Both the position numbers and the translations under genes were made by a program. A DNA stretch of 64,000 nt. Origin: Antedon mediterranea. Lineage: Eukaryota > Animalia > Echinodermata. The notes below the pieces were generated by a model. The model worked only from the letters and a program-made list of their open reading frames with translations, did no database searches and was not told the DNA's origin. This document shows positions 26,318 to 36,714 of the stretch, in pieces. Every line of letters begins with the position of its first letter. Positions within the stretch are counted from its first letter, which is position 1. The DNA lies in contig NC_092676.1 of the NCBI RefSeq assembly GCF_964355755.1, positions 25,376,871-25,440,870 on the forward strand, read 5' to 3'.

Positions 26318-27624
26318 ACTACTAAGTACTGTATTACGTTACTGGATTTAAGTAGGAACTTTAAGAACATTCTTTCTTTCTTGTCCAAATATGAAAGTAA
26401 TGTGAATTAGTTTACAGATTTCCTATCTCTGTTGAAAGCTGAATGTACAACTAACTATTCAAATATTTTTCCAATCTTAGATTATCAGTTACTGATAACA
26501 AATACCTCATTAGAAATAAATGTCGTCAATGTCATCGATCAAATTCTTTGATTTATTTGATGACCTATATCAATCATTTTGTTCTCTGTTATTTTGTTAT
26601 ATTATATTATATTTTAATAGTGTTAACAATTCTTATAAAACAGTCTATAAATCAATAAATTATGTTTAATTATTTTTAAAAACTGGATTACATGCCATTC
26701 AATATATTTGATTAACAATAACAATGTTGTATAATTACTTACCTATTTGACAATGGTATAATCCACAACAACCAATCACATAGTGTAAATTGGATCGTTC
26801 CATTTGTTTTATTAGGGGTAAGTACAATTGCATTTTTAAAAATATATAATATACTTGCATCAAACACAATCGTAAACATATTTTAGTTTATAAAAAAAAC
26901 ACTCTATTACAGAAAATACTTTTAGAATGTGTGGTAACAATTTCCTCGCTGATAAGTATGTATTTACAGATAAGACATGCGACTATTTAATGAGGTCGGC
27001 AGTATTCTGTTGATTGCGCAATCTTTAAAAAATGGCGTTTTAATTTGACAAACCGATAATTATAATTATAAATACTCAATTGCCATCTTCATTGTGTCGG
27101 ATATAAGCAATATCAAGTTTCTTCTTGAAAAAATGAATGTTTATACAAATTGGTAAATGCTCATATTCCATGTAAATATCAGTAAAAGTTCACATTTTGC
27201 CCGGTTCCCATTCCGTATATTCAATTATTTCCCGGTTATGACCATGTGCAATCCATAGTGAAACTATCCATATTACCCATAAGACCATAGTCCATTTTCA
27301 AAAAACTTCTAATAATTGGTATTATAAAAAATTAAATAACATACAAAAATTATGTTATTTTGTACCAAAAAAAACAGCAATATTCAAACAATATTATTTT
27401 TGCTTTAAAATGTGTTCATAGTATTTTTTAAATGTTATTTAGAATGTTTATAAGTTAAAGTGTTGATGACAAGCCTAACAAATTCGTTATTTTATTGTTA
27501 TGCCAACCTCAAGTGACGAAAACAACGTGGGGAGAGAAACGGAAGTAACGGATTTTAAATGTCAACTGAATGTCAGTCACGTGCTCAATAGAGGGCGCAA
27601 TTCAAAGAGATTACAGACTCTGTC

Positions 27625-30600
27625 TTGGATATTTTGGTTTTCGATGGTTGATTGGCATCGCTATTTTGACTATCTAACTAAAGAAAGAGATTTATTTTAT
27701 TTGAAACCAACAAAAGCATATTAACTGTACATTTTACTGTAAGTAAGTGTAATCTCTATAAAAATAGACGTTGATTTTATTTCAAACTTGACTGTTTTCT
27801 GTCATCAACATATTTGTCCTGCACGGCAGCAAGATCTCACTATCTTACTGCACTACTGTGCATCATGTCATTATTCCGATAATATGATAATACCACATAA
27901 AAAAATAGATTGTTTCTAGGCAAAAATGATCTGATGAATTTGTAGAAAGCATTCTTTCTATTTTTTAGGAACAACATGAGTTTCAATTTTGGCGGTGGGG
28001 CCGCAGCTGCACCAGGAGGCTTCTCATTTGGAGCTCCTAAACCAGCGACGGCAGCTGCACCAGCAACTAGTGGCTTCTCTTTTGGAACTCCTGGTGCGTC
28101 TTCCGCAGCCAATCCTGTAGGAGGAACAACAGCCGGTATCACTGGGGGTATAGCTGCTGGTGCACCTTCTGGATTTTCATTTGGTATTCAAACAAATATT
28201 ATTAACACAGTTGACAGGAAGATAGCACTAGGGGAACATGCTCCCCTTGTTTGACAGCTAAATGAAATTTTAAATTACTTTTTTGTATCTAAATTTAAAT
28301 GTTTGTGCTCCTCTTGAGGCTTGTTTGGTTTCCTTTTAGCAAGATACTTTACCTACGTTTGCCTCTCTCCACCCAGGTGTATAATGGGAACCCGGTTAAA
28401 CACAACTTTGCGCTGATTACTAGCTGCATTGGGAGTATGTTTCCATACGTGTTTGATCTCCCAAAAAAAAAAAATGACTGGGGTAATAATGTTCAGCGCT
28501 TAGAGGTTTCACAACATTAGGCGCTATATAAATCCAGGATATTATTATTATTTATTATAGCACTCCCTTCTTGTCAATTGTATTACCCACTATACGATCC
28601 TCAAAAGAGGTGCGTCATTTGTCCGATGTCAGTCATACCTTATGAATACCATGACACACCCCATCAAAAAGCAATCTACCTTTAGATGACCATGAAGCAC
28701 CCATTTTGACACATTGTTGTTCATGATATGGTAGGTGGTAAAGTAAGGGATGTATATATAACTTAATTTAAAATATGCAACAATGACTGAATTATTTATA
28801 ATATGATAATTATTATTTATCAGGGGCAGCTGCCAGTCAACCTCAAAGTAACATTGGAACAGCTCAAAAGAGTACAGGATTCACATTAGCTGGCAGTACA
28901 CCCATCAAACCAGCAGGACAGGGTCTAAATCTAGGCTTGACACAAGTCTCAACAGGGCCTACTGCAGGCTTTACTACAGGAGGACAAGGCGCAGCAAAGC
29001 CTGCCACTCAGACTACAGGTCTTGGTATTATGCCTGCAGCCACTAAACCTGCTGCTACTTCAGCTAAAACAGGAGGCTTAACTCTTGGTGGTCTGGGTAC
29101 TTCGACACCAGTTACCAAAGCAAGTGGTTTAAGTTTAGGAGGGTTAGGAGGGTTAGGCTCGGGTACACTTGGTTCAACTACACCTGCAGCTTCCAAAGCA
29201 GGGGGCTTGACCCTAGCAACACCAGCTACGAAATCAGGAGGGCTAACACTTGGCGGAGCTGGAGCTACAGGTAACCATGTATATATTTATTTTATTTCTG
29301 TATATTCTTTGCTAAGTATAATTTCATTTACTGAAAAGATTAAAAGGTAGTAAATAGTTTTAGCATACTATATAAAAATAAATGTTATAGGTGTGATGTG
29401 TTTTAATAACTGATTACTCTTACTACAGTATTACTTTCTTTAAAGTATTGATTCTATACTTTACACTGTTTTTGTTTTACTGTAGGTGCTTTGGGAGGAG
29501 CCAAACCAACCCTTAGTAAGTACAGCATTTTGTTCTGATAGTGTGGTATATTGGCAAGGAATAAACTAAATTTAATGATATAGATATTTATAATAAATTT
29601 GTTTTCTTTTTGTAGATCTTGGAAAAACAACAACGGCATCAACTACTGGAGCTGCAGGAATCACAGCTGCGTAAGTTTTCTGTAATACATCCTCTATAGT
29701 TTCAATCAATGCTGTATTATGGGTTAAAAAACTTTTTCAATTTCCACACTCCCAACAACATTTGTAGATGTGATCAAATCATCTCCTAAATGGACCAATT
29801 TCAATTCAATTCATACACATTTATTCAGTTATTTTACAATAATAACTTGGGCCCGCACTAGAGGCAATAGCTTGTCTCATGAGGGCCCCTACAATAAATA
29901 TATGCAAAATGAATAAAATGAAATACTGTGTATAAAAAAATAGACAACTAGAGGGGACTCAGAGAGTACAAACCTCCGCCTACTGTAAAATTCCCCTACA
30001 TAAAATGCCCCCTGAATATTTTTTTTTTACATTTTTTTTTATTAGTTCTAAGTGTAAATATGTTAACTGCACACTACAAAGTTGTGGATGACAGTGTGGT
30101 GTAATGGTTATGTATCCAGCCTCTCATAGTTGAGATCGCTGGTTCAAGTCCCACTGAGGGTTTTTTTTAGGTGATCATTTAGAATAAAATGATCACCTAT
30201 TGTTATTGTATGAAATCTTTATTATTATTTTTTTTCTTTTTATTGTTTCTGTACACTATTTTGTGTAACAATTATCTCAAAAAGTTTAATGTCAATGATT
30301 ACCAAAATTTCAGAATATCTTTCAAATAATATAACTTAATCCTAATGAGCTTTCCAGCGTGATCACTCATCCGTGACGTCATTTATACGCCATTTTGTGA
30401 AATCACATTATCAATCATATCTCCATAATTCATTATGACATATTAATGAAATTCACTACAGGTAAACTTCAGGTCAAGGGTAAAAATATTAGCAAATAAA
30501 AAGGTTTGAAGGTCATGCACGTGAAATCGCGCGTTAAAAATTTAAAACGCGCAAAATTAGGTTTTGATCAATTTAGAGCATGAATTAGGCCATTTGCGCG

Positions 30601-33600
30601 TTTCAAAAAATTACTGCGCAAAAATGCGTTTTTGTGCGCACGATTCTTAAAATGCGTAAAAAATAAAATTTGATGTATAAATCACATTCTACTCACAATC
30701 CTTAGTACATTCACCAATTTTGAGTCCATTCCGACTTAAAATAACGCTATACGGGCACGTTAAAAATGACAAAATGCGCACACTAATTGTACAAAAGTGC
30801 TAAAAATGGTAAAAAATAAGGACTTTTTTAAATGAATATAACTCTTCAGAATGGCAGATGACCCCCAATTTTTTTAACTTATTATGGAAGCCAATAAGAT
30901 GTAGATACAAATGTATATACACATTAGACGTACAAAATGGTATGACGTCATCAAATGGCCACTTGAATTTAAAAATTAGGAATTTTTTTCTTTTTGTGTG
31001 GGTTATCACATTCAATAGAGCGCATCTCCGTTATTTGAGCCCGATTTTCGCACAACTTTTAGTATGTGCTTGCTCAATTAATTATTCTTCTAATGAGTTG
31101 TCAACATTTTTATTTTGATGACGTCATCACGCGTAAAAACTTGAATAACCTAGGTCGTGTAATTTCAGCTACACCATACATTTGAATATCTTATAGCTCT
31201 TCAGAATTAAAGGTGACCTTGAAGATTATAACTTATTATGAAAGCTGATGAAATGTAGATATGAATTCATATTAAAATTAAGCCTATCGGATGTTGTGAT
31301 GTTATCATATGGCCAGTTGAAGTTAAAAAGTAGTTTTTAAATTTCTTTAGTCAAAGTTATACAAATTTCAAAGACCGCGCATTGCGCTTCTACGTGTCAA
31401 ATTTTCTTCCAATCCTTATATTTATTTGCTCAATTCATTATCTTTCGAAATTGTCATCTTCGAGTTTATTTTGATATATCCATCATACCAAAACATTATA
31501 AGATGATGTGTGTCCCGTAATTTCACCTATGCTACACTGTATATAGATATACAGTATATACTGTATATTGTATATGGCATATACCGGTAATAGGCACAAC
31601 TCAACACTATACATATAATAGGATGGAATGTATCATCATTTTCCGATCGTATGATAACGTACGTGCATGTTTAAAACAAATTATTTTCAGTAATTAATTA
31701 ATTAATGTCAATAAAATGATAAAAATGATCACCTATAATTCGTCAAAGTGACGAATTAAATTCTAGTTTTATATTATTTTTTTATTTATTTTTTTTTTTT
31801 TGTGGACCTTGATCTTTGACCCTGACCCTTCAAAATTTAACCACAATTATATGATGTGTCATTGATCATTGTGGCTAAGTTTGGTGAGAATCGGATCAAA
31901 ACTGTGGTCTCTAGGCAGTAAAATAGTTTTTTGTTAGTTGTGACCTTGACCTATGACCTTTCCCCCTCAAATTCGAACTCGTCCGAGCTTTTTGGCCATA
32001 GATCATTGTGTCCAAATTTGGTTAGAATCGGATAAAAACTGTGGCCTCCAGGCTGTTCACAGACACACACACAAACACACACACAAACATACAGGGGTGA
32101 AAACATAACCTCCTTGTAATAATGTACACTGAGAAATATATAGGTGCCCTCATATTTATGTTAAGGTTTTAACTTTTCCCAGTCCTGCAGGCCCAACAAT
32201 GAATTACAGAGAGTTGGAAGAAGCCATTAACAAATGGACGGTAGAATTAGAAGAACAAGAAAAAGTGTTTCTACAACAAGCTACACAAGTCAACGCCTGG
32301 GATAGGTTACTGGTAGAAAATGGCGAAAAGGTGTGTTTCTTTTATTTTAGACAAACATATACACAAGATGCTCTACATAAACAAAGACTTATTATTAAGT
32401 CTTTGGGAGTGGAGTTGTAAATTGTCATGAGAAAAAAACCCTGACATATGACAGGTCTTGAACCCATGACCCTTAGATTGGTAGCCAAGCATCATAACCA
32501 AGCATCATAACAATAAAGATTGAGTGGAGCCAAGCCACAGCTCCACTCAATCTTTTTAATCTTAGTAGTGAATCCTAAATACTGGTAGTGAAGTGAATAA
32601 TGGTTGTGAACCATCAGTAGTAATTATATGTGTTTGTTTTGTTTGGACTGCATTGAGCTCTGTCTATACTATCAACTATGTTGATGTTGATACCAAATAT
32701 GGTAGTGATATGACATCATCATGTCCATATATGGCACATCACATGAAGTTTGATAGTGTAGACAAGGGTTTAGTAGAGAATCCTTAAAAGAAAGAATGTT
32801 TGTGGACTATCAGTAGCAATTATATGTGTTTGAAACTCAAAAAAGTGTGATGTGCCCAAATATGGTAGTAATATACCCAAATATGGTAGTGATATGACAT
32901 CATCTTGTCCATACATCTGTCACATAAAGTTTGATAGTGTAGATAGGGCTTTAGATGTTTTAGATAATTCAATAAACCAATATTCCCTATGTTATTACCA
33001 GCAATAAGATGATTATACATTAGTATCATTTTGTTCCAATTCCAACAGATAACAGTTTTACATAATGATGTGGAAAAAGTCAAAACAGATCAACAAAGGT
33101 ATTTCATATAGTATATTATATATTTTTATTTAATATTTAGATTGTATTGTTTCAGTATCATATAGTTAATACATACTAAATTTTTTGTTAAAGTTGGAAG
33201 TTTCATCTATGTTTTCTCAAAATGTTATGTATGTATATTTGTTTATAACATTTAGCTAAACTTTCCTCATTGATTAACTTTGCTGTTTTTATGGTTTTAT
33301 GTACTTTATTTTGAAATGGCTAAAAATAAATATGATATATAAATACAAAGGCAAATTATTTTGTTTAAAAAGTGACAATGCTGTCGGTATCAGTGGCTGG
33401 ATCTCAATGGAGTTACAAAAAAGCAAAAATCTCAATCAAAATGATAAAGTAAAACAACAAGAATGGTTTGTAGAGAGCTTTCTGCCAACACTAGCCTTTC
33501 ATGATATGATATATGATTTGATTTTTGCTTAAGAGTTGCCATACAAACAAATTAACATCTATATTATCCAGGTTGGAACATGAATTAGATTACATTGTTG

Positions 33601-36165
33601 CGCAACAAAGAGAACTTGAAGACATGTTAACACCTTTAGAGGAATCCATCAAAACGCAACAGGGCTCGTTATTCACGCAGCATGCTGATGTTGAACGCGA
33701 ACACACGTAAGTAGCATCTTAGAAAAAGAATATCTTTTTTAAAGATGTACTGTCCCCAAAAACATGAAAAATGAAGATTAATTAAATCGGTATTTGAATA
33801 GGTTATGTAGAAAAACTGGAAAAAATAATGTTTTCACTAATAAATGGATAAATTCAACCAAAACTCCTTGGCTGGCAAGCAATTTGACTATTTTTTACTT
33901 AAAATGACTTGATAAATCTAATTTTATACTGTATGTACGGTTTTCGATAGTCCGAAATAAAGAATACTTAGACAAAAAATATCAATATTGATTGTTTTAT
34001 CAGGTATCAATTGGCAGAAACAATAGACAGCCAATTAAAGAGAATGGTGCAAGATTTGAAAGAAGTTATTGAACATCTGAACACATCAAACACTGCAGGA
34101 GAAGCTAATGATCCTGTAAGTGACTCATAGATATGCTCTTCTATACCTTTATTAGTTCTTTTAACTTTGCAATGTGTCACAGTTTCATGTCATGGATTGG
34201 ATGATAATAATGCACTATTTTTTTCAGATTCACCAGATTGCAAAAATTTTGAATGCACATATGGACTCGCTACAGTGGATTGATCATAACACAGGTGAGC
34301 TATGAACACCTGATCGTTAATGTAAATTATTATAAATTAAGGACTTCAGTTAAATAGGTGTCGTAGTTGAGTGAGAACGTACGTTAAATAAGTGCCACAG
34401 TTGAATAAATGTTCTAGTCAAATAGATCTTGTAGTCGAGTAAGAGCCTCGGTCAAATAAGTGTTGTAGACGAGTATTTGAATAAGCGCCTTAGCTGAATA
34501 AGTATTGCAATAAAAAAAATGTAACTTATTAAGTTTGTAAATTTAGAAAACGTCTTCTTTAAGTTTTTTAAATCAAGTAAACTTCTTGGGTAAATAGGTG
34601 TTGCGGCCATCTTAGCATCTAAGCCAAATAAGCACCTAAGACGAATAAGCACCTTAGGCGAATAAGCACCTTAGGCGAATAAGCACCTTAGGCGAATAAG
34701 TTTTTGCAGTTTTTAATTATCAATGAGGTAGGAATAATAGAACTGAGCTAAGAGAAGTAAATGTTAATATAGATGTTTTTTTTATACAGCAATGTGTCAG
34801 AGGAAAGTTGATGAGATTGCCAGACAAAGTGAGATTGTACGTAGAGATCAGGAAAGGAACGTCCAACTAGCTTTTGATTGAGAGCTTCAATGCACTATTT
34901 CTATTACAGACAGATCTAGGCATAAAATATCAACAACTGAATGCTAGGTAATCTAACAACAGGGTGCTGAGCTCTGGAGATCAAAGAATTTATCTGTGGC
35001 TGTGACACCATCAGAACAGACACTGCACGTTGCAGAGAATATTAACATGATACAGAACTGTTGCTATTTGTCGAAGTCAGACCTAAGATCAAAGGACTGT
35101 TACGAGCTCAGTGTCCTGTTGTTAGATTGCCTTGGTTTATTTAGGTTGTACATGTATCTGTATTATTGTATATTTTTATATTTGTGCATCAGAGAAGTGA
35201 ATGAGTTCATTCAGGCACATACACCAGGCATACAGAATCTAAATAAAATATCAACAACGCCATTTCTGAAAAAAAATATGAAAAAAAATCACATTTTTGT
35301 TATTCTACATTTTTAAAAAAGAAATAAAAATTATCAAAGAAATAAAACTTATGTATTATACAATGTATAGAATTATGTGTGATCTTGAGAAGATGAATGA
35401 TTTAGCTTGTGGAAATTTTTTTACGGTCTTCATGTGTCATTAAATCGGAATCTTATTTTTTCACTTCGATAGACGATAAAAACAAATACGTATGGACAGC
35501 TTAACAGATAGCTTAATGTGTAAATCAGTAGCTAGACTTATAAGACTGTATTGTCTTTTTTATGTTAGTCCACCAGTCGGCGTTTCGATTTTTTTCTGAA
35601 AATATGAACTCAAATACTAAACGTATGAAACGCCATATGTGCCAAAATATTTTACTAATTTCGGTCTAATGAAGACTAGTCGGTAGCCACAGCCTCCTCT
35701 CAAATTTCAAATATAGGTCAATGGTTTTGTCACCACCTGTTGATTGGCGTCGGTATGTATACTGGCGTGATTGTACAACATTCCCATCCAGGCCTAGCCA
35801 ACTACTGATTTGAATACAATACGCAAGACATGAGAATTCTCCATTTTGAAGGCCACTCATTTTTTAGGCTGCCTGCTAAAAGTAGGACAAATGTCAGGGT
35901 CTGCAAAACTATGTATATGATAATCTGTTTTGTTGGGGGTCAGAAAAACAAATATTGTTCTCTTCTCTTCTGCAGCCATCGGCAATATTGTATTATTGTT
36001 GCCATTGTTTTATTGACCCTACGTAACGTACCTGAACAAAGAACAAACGTAACATGTAGCATTAACAACATCAAAGTCGGTTAAAGGGATTTGAAACTAC
36101 TGTGTATAGCGCAGATTGTGGGAGCACATCGACTTACCCGCCAATGCAATTTGACTCCCTACTAG
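27625..36165 (+). repeat. 8,541-bp direct repeat, copy 2 (contains Nup62)
   Basis: Identical ORF set at offset 15,096; boundaries ctgtc|ttggatatttt and ctactag|tgtgc. Confidence 0.97.
27976..34881 (+). CDS. NUP62: Nuclear pore glycoprotein p62, copy 2 (exons = copy 1 + 15,096)
   Basis: Same exon sequences and splice sites as copy 1. Confidence 0.93.
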
Positions 36166-36714
36166 TGTGCTGCCATATAATACTTCGCAAAGTACAAAAG
36201 ATCCATCAAAAGAAACATCAAAGTCGGTTCAGCATCAAAAGTATTGTAGCGCAGGACGTGTGGGCGGAGTTAAATCTGACTTTGCACCAATGAAATTACT
36301 CTGCTGGAACTTTTAGCAGACTATTACATCTTGCGCGTACAAAAATGGACAACATTGATTGGCTATAAGAAGTTTTATGCGCATGTGTGGTTATCCTACT
36401 TTTCAACCGGAGAGGCGCGTCGTTTATCCCGTTCTCTCCCCTCTCTCTCAGCTAGCTCTACACACTCTCGCCGCCCGCACTTCATCTTCCCGGCCCCGTG
36501 ATTTACCACCCGACCCACCCTAGCTAGCTAGGCAAGAGAGGCTAGATTAGATTGTCGATGATTGTGTAACACTGCGCCGCTACGGTAGACTGGGCCTAGT
36601 TGTTTGTATAAGCTAGTAGACATTGTAGAGATTCAAAGTCCATCGATAAGGAGATAAGGTGGTTAGTATTAGTTAGTATTTAACGAAATGATTTTGTAGA
36701 TTTCTTACAACCAG

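Larger units (their letters stand above)
21070..27624 (+). mobile_element. 6,555-bp DNA transposon of RAG1-like/Chapaev-Transib type
   Basis: Unique sequence exactly between the two 8.5-kb repeats; begins CACGTAT; inverted subterminal motif gcgccctc (21104-21111) / gagggcgc (27591-27598); encodes a DDE transposase; right end lacks terminal GTG. Confidence 0.85.

Noticed and set aside
27565-27583. Alternative right TIR ending at CACGTG, with cattcag at offset 12 versus 23 at the left end (a 12/23-like look)
   Set aside because: It leaves 41 bp of unique sequence unexplained, including the inverted gcgccctc motif, and gives no TSD. It is more simply an E-box and a short chance match.
21070-27624. 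Calling the element a complete ProtoRAG (RAG1L plus RAG2L)
   Set aside because: No kelch or PHD-encoding RAG2L is visible, there is no clear nonamer-binding domain, and the core motifs differ from RAG1L (GGDKGG rather than CDGMG).
27623-36166. Helitron capture of Nup62 (TC...CTAG|T ends)
   Set aside because: No A before TC, no clear 3' hairpin, and the sequence after CTAG is the native continuation of the locus.
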